The notes under the pieces are model-generated. The model was not told the origin of the DNA. It saw only the letters and a list, made by a program, of their open reading frames with translations, and did no database searches. Both the position numbers and the translations under genes were made by a program. A DNA stretch of 64,000 bases, from the NCBI GenBank assembly GCA_965215335.1, contig CBDCDA010000001.1, positions 544,001 to 608,000 of the forward strand, written 5' to 3'. Source of the DNA: an uncultured Candidatus Entotheonella sp. (GTDB lineage Bacteria; Tectomicrobia; Entotheonellia; Entotheonellales; Entotheonellaceae). Below, piece by piece: positions 9,814 to 19,494 of the stretch (its first letter is position 1; the number at the start of each line of letters is the position of its first letter).

Positions 9814-12516
9814 TCAAACGACGGCTGCCAGAAGCGCCTGCCGTATGGATCCCAGCGCCGTTTCCGCCGCGATCTTTCGCCCATCTGCATCCGTCACATA
9901 GAAAACGTCAATCGCTCTGTTTCCCTCCGTGGAAATCTTTGCCAGTGCAATATCCACGTCCTGCTCGTAGAGAACACGCGTAAGTCGATAAAGCAGGCCC
10001 AGGCTGTCCTGGACCTGCAACTCGAGAATGGTGTGGGTATCGGAGTGACTATTGTTGATGACAACATGCGGCGGTTTCACAAATACGTCGAACTTCTGGT
10101 TCTTGAGCGGGTGCCGTCCTTGCACGGGAACTTGCTCAACGTGGCGCACATCGACGAGAGCGTCACGCAAAACCGCTTCGACGCAATGCCACACCTGAGG
10201 ATCCGTCACGGCTTTTTGATCGAGCGTCTCCACGTGCAGAATATCGAGAGCCAGATCGTCCTGCGAGGTATAAATCTCAGCGCCCAGGATATTGAGCCTG
10301 TTGCGGCTCAAGGCTCCGGCTATCAGCGAAAAGACGCCGCGTCTCTCCTTGGCACAGATCGTCACGCTGCTAAATCCTGCCGAGGCATGTTGTTCCGCAT
10401 GGAGCACGACGGGCAATTGCCGGGCTTTTTTCGTCATGTCCAGATGAATGGCCATCTGATTGGGAGCCGTGGCCATCAGGTATCTGGCCGGCATGGCGGC
10501 GAGAAAATGATCGACTTCGGCAGGACTCGCCTGACCATTCAAGGCCGCCATCAGGCCCACACGCGCGCGGCTGCGGAGTTCGTCATCGGACGGCGCGATG
10601 ACCGGACGTTGTTGGACAAGGTAGTCGTGGGTGCGGTGGTAGAGATCCGCCAACAGGGTGCCCTTCCAGGCGGTCCACACATCAGGCCCTACAGCAGACG
10701 TGTCCGCAAACGTCAGCAGGTAAAGTTGCCGCAGATTGGATATCGTTTCGACAAGGCTGGCGCATTCCGCGATGACCTTCTTGTCGGCAATGTCCCGCCG
10801 CTGAGCCAAGCGATTCATCGCCAAGTGGTGCACGACCAATACTTGGATGACGTGGCGTTGTTCGGCCGGCAATTCAAACCGTTCACACACCTCCTCGGCA
10901 AGCTCACCGCTGCGATGCACGTGCGAAGCTTTGCCCGGCCCGACATCCTTGCCCAGATCGTGCAGCAACAAAGCCAGCTTCAACAATTTCTTGCCCGCGT
11001 CGGACGTTTCTTCGTAAAGCCGCGCCAACGGCCACAGCATGGGCACTGTGGTTCCTGCAAGGCTTTCGATCTTTTCAAGCGCGAGGAGCGTATGTTCGTC
11101 GACTGTATAACAGTGATGCAGATCATAGGACGGCAAACAAGTCAAGGGAGCAAATTCCGGGATATACGCGCTGAGCAGGCCATGCCAGTGCAGCGCCCGC
11201 AGAATGGAGGCTGAATGGGGCTGGGACAAGATGTGCCAAAAGGTTGCCCGCACTTCAGATGAACACCGGGTGGCTTCATCCGTGAACAGGCCGGCATGAG
11301 CCTTGATGGTGCGGGACAGCGCCGGCTCCAGCGGCACCTGGCAGTCATGCGCTTTGACAAAAGTATGCATCATGAGCGCCGGGCGGGCCGTGAAGACCTC
11401 GTCAGGGGCCGTGGCTTCATGACCCAGGTAACCGTCCCGAATAACGAAGCCATCCCCGATCTGTCGGGTACGGCGCAAGAGGAACCAGCGGCGCGGCCGG
11501 TACATGCGCGACACGGCTTCCACAACGGTTTGACAAAAATGCGCGATCACATTGGCATGAACGTAATAAGCCTTGAGGAAATATTCGACCGCCAACTTCT
11601 CGTCACTGGCCTCAAACTGCAGCTCGACTGCCAAGGTCTCCTGCACGTCTACAGACAGCAAGTCGTTCTTGCGACCGCAGTGATAATGCAAGGCGTTGCG
11701 AACTCGGAACAGAAAATCCAGCGCTGCCTCCACCGCCCGCTGGTCCTCTTGGGTTAACAGCCCCTCGCTCTCCAGGTCCGAGAGCGTTTCGGCACGGTAA
11801 AACGCCGCGGCAATCCAACGCGCTGTGTGGTAATCGCGCAAGCCCCCTGGACTTGCCTTGACGTTAGGCTCCATCAAATTGACGGTATTGGAGAATGTCG
11901 CGTGGCGCTCGCGACATTCCGCGACCTTCCGCTGCACGAAACTACGCCGCCTGCGCGGACTGAAACGCTTGTGATGAATTTCCTCTTCAAACCAGCGATA
12001 CAGTTGATAATCGCCTTCGAGGAAACGTGCTTCGCGCATTGCTGTCTGGGCAGCCAGGTCCGCGTCGACCCTTTTGATCACATCGCGCCGGGTCCGTACG
12101 CTGTGGCCAAGGGTGTACCCGGCATCCCAGAGCAGATAGAGCGTCTCTCGAACCACCGCATCAGGCGGCGTTTTGTGACAAAGGAACATCAGATCAATGT
12201 CCGAATATGGGTTCATCTCCCCCCGGCCATATCCCCCCAAGGCTAAGAGTGCACAGGACCCGGCCGGTCTCGAATGATTGCTGGCAACGTATTGAAAAAC
12301 GGTGCGCACCACGTCATCAACCAGGGCCGTGAGGTGGCGCACGACATTCCGGCCCCGCGCCCCGGCATCGTGCTCCTGACGGATGCGCTCATTTGCGGCG
12401 CCGATCAACGTTTTCAAGCCTTGCAGAAATTGCGGCCGCTCGAAACCGCGATCCAACAGCGGCGCGAAGGAATGTGGTTCCCTTTGCATTTCGTATGCGG
12501 CGGTGGGGGTTGCCAT
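9814..12516 (-). CDS. glnD: PII uridylyltransferase/uridylyl-removing enzyme GlnD (start reassigned to ATG 12516)
   Basis: GGYGRGEM.PYSDIDL nucleotidyltransferase motif, EPNVK..PGGLRD, HD domain (YTVDEH..LLHDLGK), two ACT domains. The longer ORF-track start overlaps xerD. Confidence 0.95.
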   Translation of the reverse strand: MATPTAAYEMQREPHSFAPLLDRGFERPQFLQGLKTLIGAANERIRQEHDAGARGRNVVRHLTALVDDVVRTVFQYVASNHSRPAGSCALLALGGYGRGEMNPYSDIDLMFLCHKTPPDAVVRETLYLLWDAGYTLGHSVRTRRDVIKRVDADLAAQTAMREARFLEGDYQLYRWFEEEIHHKRFSPRRRRSFVQRKVAECRERHATFSNTVNLMEPNVKASPGGLRDYHTARWIAAAFYRAETLSDLESEGLLTQEDQRAVEAALDFLFRVRNALHYHCGRKNDLLSVDVQETLAVELQFEASDEKLAVEYFLKAYYVHANVIAHFCQTVVEAVSRMYRPRRWFLLRRTRQIGDGFVIRDGYLGHEATAPDEVFTARPALMMHTFVKAHDCQVPLEPALSRTIKAHAGLFTDEATRCSSEVRATFWHILSQPHSASILRALHWHGLLSAYIPEFAPLTCLPSYDLHHCYTVDEHTLLALEKIESLAGTTVPMLWPLARLYEETSDAGKKLLKLALLLHDLGKDVGPGKASHVHRSGELAEEVCERFELPAEQRHVIQVLVVHHLAMNRLAQRRDIADKKVIAECASLVETISNLRQLYLLTFADTSAVGPDVWTAWKGTLLADLYHRTHDYLVQQRPVIAPSDDELRSRARVGLMAALNGQASPAEVDHFLAAMPARYLMATAPNQMAIHLDMTKKARQLPVVLHAEQHASAGFSSVTICAKERRGVFSLIAGALSRNRLNILGAEIYTSQDDLALDILHVETLDQKAVTDPQVWHCVEAVLRDALVDVRHVEQVPVQGRHPLKNQKFDVFVKPPHVVINNSHSDTHTILELQVQDSLGLLYRLTRVLYEQDVDIALAKISTEGNRAIDVFYVTDADGRKIAAETALGSIRQALLAAVV

Positions 12517-12526
12517 ACGCCTGATC

Positions 12527-13450
12527 CTATGGACGGGGATGATGCTCCGCGTAAACTGCCCGTAGGCGCTCTTGCACAACATGGGTATAAATCTGGGTCG
12601 TCGAAATATCGACATGACCCAGCATATGCTGAAGCGATCGCAGGTCGGCTCCGCCTGCAAGGAGATGCGTTGCAAAGGAATGGCGCAGGGTGTGGGGGCT
12701 GATGGATTTATGAATCGCCACCTGCTGCACGTGCTTTCTCACGATTTTCCACAACGCCTGTCGGGTCAGACCGCGGGCAGAACGATTGATGAAAAGAGCC
12801 GTGGCTTGGCGCCCTTTGGCCAGCTCGGGCCGTCCCGCCAACACATAATCCTCCACTCGCCCTGCTGCCACTTCTCCCATGGGCACCAAGCGCTCTTTTC
12901 CACCCTTGCCGCGCACTTTTATGCAACCGGTCGTGGCGTGAACATCCCCAAGGTTCAATGCCACCAGTTCACTAACCCGCAAACCGGTGGCGTAGAGAAC
13001 TTCGAGCATGGCGGTATCGCGCTTACCCAAAGGCGTGTCCGTATCAGGCGCCTCGAGAAGCTGTTCGACTTCCGCCAAGCTGAGTACGTCAGGGAGAACC
13101 TGTCTTTGCTGAGGCGCGGAGATCTGCTCGGCAGGATCAGCCGCCAGGCCCCCCTCCTCTCGGAGGAAACGATACAGCGTTTTAATGGAGACCAATTCGC
13201 GTGCCAAGGTGCGCGCGGCAACTCCTTGCTGCCGGCGCTTTGCAAGATAGCCAGTGATGTGGTCAGGCGTGAGGTCCTGGAAGGCAGGGAGGCATTCTTG
13301 CTGAACGAAATCCTTGAAGCGTTGTAAATCCGAGAGATATGCGGTGAGGGTATTACGCGCAAGGCCTTTCTCGACAATCAGATACTGCTGCAACCGGTCG
13401 AGGTGATGCTCAAATAATGCCGGTCCCTTCTCGCGGAGGAAAGAAGGCAT
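12527..13450 (-). CDS. xerD: Tyrosine recombinase XerD
   Basis: LYATGLRVSEL, GKGGKER.VP, TRQ..W, SPHTLRHSFATHLL.GGADLR, LGH..ISTTQIYTHV. Confidence 0.95.
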   Translation of the reverse strand: MPSFLREKGPALFEHHLDRLQQYLIVEKGLARNTLTAYLSDLQRFKDFVQQECLPAFQDLTPDHITGYLAKRRQQGVAARTLARELVSIKTLYRFLREEGGLAADPAEQISAPQQRQVLPDVLSLAEVEQLLEAPDTDTPLGKRDTAMLEVLYATGLRVSELVALNLGDVHATTGCIKVRGKGGKERLVPMGEVAAGRVEDYVLAGRPELAKGRQATALFINRSARGLTRQALWKIVRKHVQQVAIHKSISPHTLRHSFATHLLAGGADLRSLQHMLGHVDISTTQIYTHVVQERLRAVYAEHHPRP

Positions 13451-13572
13451 ATACAGACTCCCTGATGAACGCAGCCTTCACGTATCAACAGAGCATAGCG
13501 CATACCCGCCCGTAACAAAAGAGCACTAACAGGAGACTCGTTTGAAGTGCCGCGGTCATGGGGTATCACCCA

Positions 13573-14327
13573 GGCTCAGGACCTATAAAGAGTTGTCATT
13601 GAACATATCGGATTCAAGACCCTGACTCCGTGGGGAGGCTCACCATGCCCGATCATCACTTCTGGCTCTCCGATGCGCAGTTTGCCCGACTTCAACCCCT
13701 GCTGCCCAACAAGGTGCGCGGCGTCCCACGCGTCGATGACCGCAAGGTCATCAGCGGCATCATCCACGTCATTCCGCTACGGCCTCACGTGGCGCGATGC
13801 ACCGGCCTGCTACGGACCCGCACAAGACCCTCTCCAACCGCTTCGTGCGCTTGGAGCAAGGCCGGGGTGTTCGGGCGCATCGCACCACTGCCAGCCTGTT
13901 GAAAAGGAGCTCTTTCGCAGCTGCATCGGGCACACCCGAGGCGGCCTGAACTCGAAGCTCCACGCCGTCTGCAACGGCGATGGCAAGCCCATCGTGCTGC
14001 TGTTGCGGCGGGTCAGGTCAATGATATCGCGGGGCTGATACGATTGTGCCCGTCCTCCCGGCGGTCGGGGTCCTGATTGCCGGCAAGGGGTACGACAGTA
14101 ACCGGTTGTGCAAGGCTCTTTGTCCTGCATTCCGGGCCGTGCCAATCGTAAAGAGCCGATTGTCCATGACCGCGAGCCATACAAGAGCCGTAACCTCATC
14201 GAGCGTCCGTTTGGCAGACTCAAGGACTGGCGTCGCATCGCCACGCGCCATGACCGGTGTGCGCACACCTTTTTCAGTGCCATCTGCCTTGCTGCCACGG
14301 CCATCTTCTGGTTATGAGTCCTGAGAC
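13573..14327 (+). mobile_element. Degenerate IS5-family (IS427-like) element with frameshifted transposase
   Basis: Imperfect terminal IRs GGCTCAGGACCTATAA / TTATGAGTCCTGAGAC. Transposase pieces in several frames: LSDAQFARLQPLLP..GVPRVDDR, GHTRGGLNSKLHAVC, YKSRNLIERPFGRLKDWRRIATRHDR. Confidence 0.88.
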
Positions 14328-14363
14328 TGATGATCTTCTCCATACCGGCGGCCTCGATTGCAA

Positions 14364-15680
14364 CAATACTTCGGACAGTTTTGACAGCTAGGTAGCCGCA
14401 CGGGTTCTCCAATTCTATAGTTGTGTAGCCAACGCAACTGAGAATGGAGGCGCCCCGTGCGACTGCTTCAAAGTGTACTGCCGACCTTAGCCCAAACCAA
14501 GAAACCGCAACGCAAATTCGTCGCCCATCTCTTGGGACTTCTCCTGATGCTTCCCGGACACGCCACGTTTCGCAATCTCAGCCGCTACAGTCCATATCAC
14601 GAGCGCACCTTTGCGCGCTGGTACGACCGACCCTTCGACTTTGTCGCACTCAACAAGGCGGCCATTACCCAGGTCATCCCGCCTGATCATCAACAGGCTC
14701 TGGTCATCGATGCCAGCTTCATCCCCAAAAGTGGCAACCACACCTATGGTCTTGAACCCTTCTGGAATAGTCGCCACCGGCGCAGTGAAAAAGGTCTGGA
14801 AGTCTCGGCTATAGCCTGGCTCGACCTCACCGACAGATGCGCCTATGGCCTCAGTGTTGAGCAGACACCGCCGAGCGACAAGACCTCTGAGGTGCAAGGC
14901 ACCCGTATCGATGCCTATCTGGAGCAATTGCGAGGCGTGGTCTGTGGCCACCAACTCCATCATCTACGCTATGTGATAACGGACGGCTATTACAGCAAAC
15001 GTAAATTCCTTGACGGACTTCGTGCCCTGGGGCTGCATCAGATTGGCAAGCTGCGCCGTGACGCCAATCTGCGCTATCTCTACCAAGGACCGGGACGCCC
15101 AGGACCCGGACGACCCAAGACCTATGACGGCAAGGTTCATTGGGACGACCTGGCACGCTTTGAGCGTGTAGCGAGCGAAGACGCCGCCGTCGTGCTCTAT
15201 CACCAAGTCCTCAACCACGTGCATCTTCGGCGCAATCTGCGTGTCGTCCTGGTGGTCGATACCCGCAGCCAGCGGCAAGCGGTGCTGTTCAGCACCGACA
15301 CCGACATGGATGCGCAGGCGCTTTATCGCGCCTACAAAGCGCGCTTCCAGATCGAATTTCTCTTCCGAGACGCCAAGCAGTTTACGTCTCTGAGTGCCTG
15401 TCAAGCGCGTTCCCAAGCCAAACTGCACGTTCACTTCAATGCGAGCCTGAGTGCTCTGACCTTGGGCAAACTGGAAGCTCGGCAGCAAAGCGGTGGTAGC
15501 GAGGCAGGGTTTTCCATGGCGAGTGTCAAACGGCGCGCTTTCAACCAACACCTGCTTGAGCGAATTTCTCAGCATCTAGCCGAAGGGCATAGCCTGGAAA
15601 AATCCAGCCCCGAATACCAAGACCTTTGCAACTATGGCACGATCACTGACAGGGCGGCCTAAATTCTGTCCGACCTATTG
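14364..15680 (+). mobile_element. Intact IS4-superfamily insertion sequence (1317 bp) with 6-bp target duplication
   Basis: IRs CAATACTTCGGACAGTTTT / AAATTCTGTCCGACCTATTG, flanked by direct repeat TTGCAA at 14358-14363 and 15681-15686. Confidence 0.92.
14457..15662 (+). CDS. DDE transposase (IS4/IS701-like)
   Basis: 401 aa; IDASFIPKSG, ITDGYY, Y..RFQIEFLFRDAKQ (YREK motif). Confidence 0.93.
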   Translation: MRLLQSVLPTLAQTKKPQRKFVAHLLGLLLMLPGHATFRNLSRYSPYHERTFARWYDRPFDFVALNKAAITQVIPPDHQQALVIDASFIPKSGNHTYGLEPFWNSRHRRSEKGLEVSAIAWLDLTDRCAYGLSVEQTPPSDKTSEVQGTRIDAYLEQLRGVVCGHQLHHLRYVITDGYYSKRKFLDGLRALGLHQIGKLRRDANLRYLYQGPGRPGPGRPKTYDGKVHWDDLARFERVASEDAAVVLYHQVLNHVHLRRNLRVVLVVDTRSQRQAVLFSTDTDMDAQALYRAYKARFQIEFLFRDAKQFTSLSACQARSQAKLHVHFNASLSALTLGKLEARQQSGGSEAGFSMASVKRRAFNQHLLERISQHLAEGHSLEKSSPEYQDLCNYGTITDRAA

Positions 15681-15717
15681 TTGCAAAATATGTGACAAAA
15701 TACGCCACGGGTCTGGG

Positions 15718-17127
15718 TTAGGCTGGCTCCAACAGAAACAGTTCCCGTAAGCCGCCTTTCAGTTTCAGCCGGTCGCGCACCGAGAAGCGTCTGCGAATCT
15801 CCATTTCGAAGTTCTCAGAAGTGTAATCCGCGTAGTCCGTTTGCTTGTTCTCAATCAGTTTCTGGAACATTTCATCATCGCGTCCGATAAACTCCAGGAT
15901 GCACGTCGCATCCAGGCTGCGGAGCCAGTCGACAAACGGCGGCAAGGGGATGTTGGCCGAAACGCGGAGATGATGGACCAAGGCCAGGCAGAAGACCAAG
16001 TCGGGACGAGCTCTCTGGTCAAAGGCCGCGCGCTCCCGTCCAGCCCAGCCCTGTCCCGGAGAAAGGTTCGCCAAGTCCATCACGAGGGGGATAAGGTTCT
16101 GCGGCCCGCCCGTCCGCGTCTCCCGGTAGAGCAATTCGACGGCGTCTTGATCGCCATCTACTGCGATGACCATGTCCGAGTGCTTGGCGGCGATGCGTGC
16201 GAACGTGCCGGTATTCGTGCCCAGGTCCCAGGTCAGGCCGGGGCGTCGCGTCGCGGTGTGCCGCAGCACAAAATCCGTCTTTCGCTCGAAGTCCACTGCA
16301 TCGTAGGAATGGCTCCCGGCGTATTGCGACCAGTCCGAACGCACCGGCCCATAGGACAGCCCGCCGATAAGCCGCCGCAAGCTGTCCAATAGCGCGAAAA
16401 GCATGGTCTTCGGCTGTCGCCGAGAGCGGCTGCTCGCCGGCCGGCGAACGCTGCTCTCGGCCTTGGCGGGAAACCAGATATACGACAGGACGCCGCGCTT
16501 GAAACACCGCAACCCGTAGAAGTACCGACTTGCTTCTTCTGGCGGGATACCCTCGAGACGCGAGCGGAGCAGCGGCTGGAACGGGATTCCCAGATGCGCC
16601 GTCAGCAGCAACGGCGTCAGGAAGGTCATGCAGAATTGACGATACCCCCGCCAGTATTCGCCGTCCCCCCAGGGAACGAACGACGGCAGGTCAATGAACA
16701 CCGGGCGCGCGCCTCCCATCCACTGCACATTGAACGGCGTCGCGTCCTTGAGCAGCCATCCATTCCTGGCTCCCATCTCCAGCACGTGCAATTGCAGCAG
16801 CGCCGCGTCCTTGAGCATCGAGAACGGCCACTCGTAGGGCCAGGTCACAAAATCCACAGATTCGTGCTCCACAGCGGCGCTCCAACCCTCTTTCATGACG
16901 CCTCGGGCGTTGGGGGATTCCGGGTCAAGCAGTTTGGTCGTCACCATCCGGCCGTTGGCGACCAGATCTCCGAAAAAGGGCTCGGCGAGCAGCTTCTCCA
17001 TAATCCCGGCGGCGGTGTGATTCAGCCCGCGAACGATGCGCTCGTCCCCATTGCCCAGGACAACCCGATACACCCGTCCGGCCGGGTCCTTGAACGACCC
17101 TCCGTCAGCCCTGAGCTTTTCTGTCAT
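15718..17127 (-). CDS. NoeA-like protein: N-terminal kinase-like domain plus C-terminal class I SAM methyltransferase
   Basis: SFKDPAG, WPYEWPFSMLKDAAL, LKDATPFNVQ..PVFID; C-terminal WDLGTNTG, AVDGD, LALVHHL. Start chosen at MTEKLRADGGSF. Confidence 0.78.
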   Translation of the reverse strand: MTEKLRADGGSFKDPAGRVYRVVLGNGDERIVRGLNHTAAGIMEKLLAEPFFGDLVANGRMVTTKLLDPESPNARGVMKEGWSAAVEHESVDFVTWPYEWPFSMLKDAALLQLHVLEMGARNGWLLKDATPFNVQWMGGARPVFIDLPSFVPWGDGEYWRGYRQFCMTFLTPLLLTAHLGIPFQPLLRSRLEGIPPEEASRYFYGLRCFKRGVLSYIWFPAKAESSVRRPASSRSRRQPKTMLFALLDSLRRLIGGLSYGPVRSDWSQYAGSHSYDAVDFERKTDFVLRHTATRRPGLTWDLGTNTGTFARIAAKHSDMVIAVDGDQDAVELLYRETRTGGPQNLIPLVMDLANLSPGQGWAGRERAAFDQRARPDLVFCLALVHHLRVSANIPLPPFVDWLRSLDATCILEFIGRDDEMFQKLIENKQTDYADYTSENFEMEIRRRFSVRDRLKLKGGLRELFLLEPA

Positions 17128-17371
17128 CGGCCCATCCGTCCGTGGCGTCCGAAACATCACTATCCTCCGCCTTCCTGTCGCCACGGAAAACTTGGCGCTT
17201 CAAACGGCCAAGATATCCCCGGACGATATAGCCACCCGCCGCCAGAAAGCCCAGCACGGTAGTGATGATGAAGCCGGCGGAGCCGGGGTCGACGTAGGCA
17301 TGAGCAACGGCCGGCGTGGCGATAAACGTAATGGCGGCAATCAGCAGATCGCGTCGCGGTGGTCTACTCAT
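17105..17371 (-). CDS. Small (88 aa) signal-peptide/single-TM protein with AHA-YVDPG motif
   Basis: ATG after AAGGAG RBS; MSRPPRRDLLIAAITFIATPAVAHAYVDPGSAGFIITTVLGFLAAGGYIVRGYLGRLKR; overlaps the start of the methyltransferase gene. Confidence 0.8.
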   Translation of the reverse strand: MSRPPRRDLLIAAITFIATPAVAHAYVDPGSAGFIITTVLGFLAAGGYIVRGYLGRLKRQVFRGDRKAEDSDVSDATDGWADDRKAQG

Positions 17372-17493
17372 ACAGAAACTCCTTGTAGTCGAGAGCAATG
17401 GCGCTACCATGGCGGGTAGCGGCTGAGCCGTATGCCGGTAGGGATGCAGGAACCCAAAAGGGAGCTTTGGATGGCTCAGGTGGGCTCGCTTCG

Positions 17494-19455
17494 TCATTCT
17501 GCCCGTCTTGGAAGGGAAATTTGCGCCTTCCAGACCTTCCCCGCGCCAGGGATGTACTGGCCGGTCCTGATGCTGGTGATGTCGTAGTCGGGCAGGAGGG
17601 CCCTCGCCAAGCACACATCGTCGAATATCACGCCTTGTCGGTCGAAGTGGAAGTCCAGATTGTCAAAGCCGTACTGCCTGCGGTCGTCGGGCAAGTCCTC
17701 CATGCTCGCGGGAATCAGATGCAGAAAGAACACTGCCTCCGTGTCCGTCGTACGGGCGCACGGCTTCTTGACGTAGACCAGCACATTTTCGCTGAGATGT
17801 ACGTCAAAGGTGGAGCGGATTACCGGCTCGGCGGATAAGATTGACTGGTAGAAGGGGGCATTGGCCAATTCCGATACCGGTCCAAAGGGGTCCTTCGACT
17901 CATACAGAAACCACCTGTAGTCGAGATTCCTCCAAGAAATCGGGCCATACCCATGAAGTGCTCTTTTCCGCGGCTCAATGAGTGCGCTTTCCCCGCCGGA
18001 CAAACAGCGGAGCAAGGTGTGAAGCATGTCGAGAATGGTCATGTAGCCTTGGGTCGTCAAGACTTCATCGAACCAGGAGGCGCATGTATCACGAGGATAG
18101 ACAGCGCCTAAAACACCGTAATTGTCCTGGACGACGAACTTCGGATCATCCTTGAACTCTAGCCCCCGCGACACAAGAGGGCCGTGGTCGCCGTACACCA
18201 GGAGGATCGCATCGGGGTCTTTTCTTTCCAGGTGGCGGATGATGAGTTCCAGATAGCGGGCTGCTTTTTCGCTTCTCCTGATGTATTGCTCTATAAATCT
18301 TTCGAACTGCTCCACGTTGCCGTAGCGGAATGACCCGGCCGTGTGCCCCGGCACAGACAGGTGGGCCATCACGAATTGAGGCCCATCATTTTGGCCGCTC
18401 ACCTTGACAACCTGCTCGGCGGTCAGCCTTTGGAGGCCCCCGTATCTTCCGCCAAACAAGCGACAGTAGCCCCAGAAAGAGAGGTTTCGTATGCTGGTGT
18501 CCAACAGATTGCAGACGGTTTTCTTAGACGTGATATGGTAGTGATCAATGTAAGGGCCTTTGCGTTTCCCAAACAAGCGACTGAAATAGATCGAGCTCGT
18601 CTCGTAACCGTTGTCATGAAGGATGCTGAGCAGAGGACTCGGATTCTGACCGGAGAACAAGAACGGGTCAGGGTCCTTGCCATTCTCTCTCAGCTCCCTT
18701 CGCTGCGAGCGGTACACATTCACATCCAGCGCCAACAGCGAGTTGAGGGAATGCGTTGTATGGACAGAGTCGGCGAAGAAGTTGGGAAAGCGGCGCATCT
18801 TGGCCTCAACCAGGTCGTGAAACTCGGTGCTCTCCACGCCCGAGTATTTACTGAGCAGTGAGCGCGGGGCTATCGCATCGAAAGAGACGAAATACAGGTT
18901 CGGTGTCTCCTGAAAGGAGACGTGCCGAATATTCGTCGTGTCTCCCGACACCGGGGTCGGGGTACCGCCCACCAAGTCGCGGACCTCCATCCCGAGACTC
19001 AGCAATCCGAGACTCAGCAATGCCGCCGCCGAGAGCACGATGCCACCCCAGTGCCGCTCGTCGATGACACGGAAGGCTACGAACAGCGCCAAGCAGGCCG
19101 CGGCGCATAACAAGATGAGGACGGCCCTGTTTCCGGCAAGGTAGAAGAGGTCGGTGTGAATGACGTATGCTGTCGCAACGCCGGCCAGTACGACCAGCGA
19201 CAGGACCACGTTCGCTATGACCTCGGAGCGGAGCAAGAACAGCGCGGCCCACAGCAGGACGACGTTGACTGCCCCGCCAAACAGGATGATTTGCCTGAAG
19301 TCTAGCTCAGAAAAGGCCACCGCGGACGAGGTATAGGTGGCGGCGAAGGCTCCTCCGATGAGCAGCGCGGCGAATACAAACTTGTATATCTTTCGCTTAG
19401 GATTCAAGACCCTAACTTGAAAGAAGCCGGAAAAGGGCTGATCGTACTGGGACAA
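17494..19455 (-). CDS. Polytopic membrane protein with alkaline-phosphatase/sulfatase-fold domain and C-terminal accessory domain
   Basis: About 5 N-terminal TM helices, PNLYFVSFDA, HLSVPGH, VYGDHG; TTG start after AAGGAG. Confidence 0.75.
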   Translation of the reverse strand: MSQYDQPFSGFFQVRVLNPKRKIYKFVFAALLIGGAFAATYTSSAVAFSELDFRQIILFGGAVNVVLLWAALFLLRSEVIANVVLSLVVLAGVATAYVIHTDLFYLAGNRAVLILLCAAACLALFVAFRVIDERHWGGIVLSAAALLSLGLLSLGMEVRDLVGGTPTPVSGDTTNIRHVSFQETPNLYFVSFDAIAPRSLLSKYSGVESTEFHDLVEAKMRRFPNFFADSVHTTHSLNSLLALDVNVYRSQRRELRENGKDPDPFLFSGQNPSPLLSILHDNGYETSSIYFSRLFGKRKGPYIDHYHITSKKTVCNLLDTSIRNLSFWGYCRLFGGRYGGLQRLTAEQVVKVSGQNDGPQFVMAHLSVPGHTAGSFRYGNVEQFERFIEQYIRRSEKAARYLELIIRHLERKDPDAILLVYGDHGPLVSRGLEFKDDPKFVVQDNYGVLGAVYPRDTCASWFDEVLTTQGYMTILDMLHTLLRCLSGGESALIEPRKRALHGYGPISWRNLDYRWFLYESKDPFGPVSELANAPFYQSILSAEPVIRSTFDVHLSENVLVYVKKPCARTTDTEAVFFLHLIPASMEDLPDDRRQYGFDNLDFHFDRQGVIFDDVCLARALLPDYDITSIRTGQYIPGAGKVWKAQISLPRRAE

Positions 19456-19494
19456 GGCCGTCTCTCCTTCGTATCATGGGGTCTTCGACCGTAA

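Noticed and set aside
10033..11214. Long antisense ORFs (also 22874-23878, 27738-28652, 33869-35014, 35142-36407, 36907-38019, 43406-44509, 47336-48445, 53079-54251, 56863-57945, 58513-59793)
   Set aside because: Shadow frames opposite well-supported genes, expected with GC-rich codon usage; no recognisable motifs.
18992..19021. 15-bp tandem repeat (LLSLG x2) in a TM helix of the sulfatase-fold gene
   Set aside because: In-frame two-copy micro-duplication with no evidence of phase variation.
13610..19417. GGATTCAAGACCCT(G/A)ACT present at both 13610 and 19400
   Set aside because: An 18-mer with one mismatch is expected by chance a few times in a 64-kb self-comparison; the second copy is inside a coding region with no further similarity.
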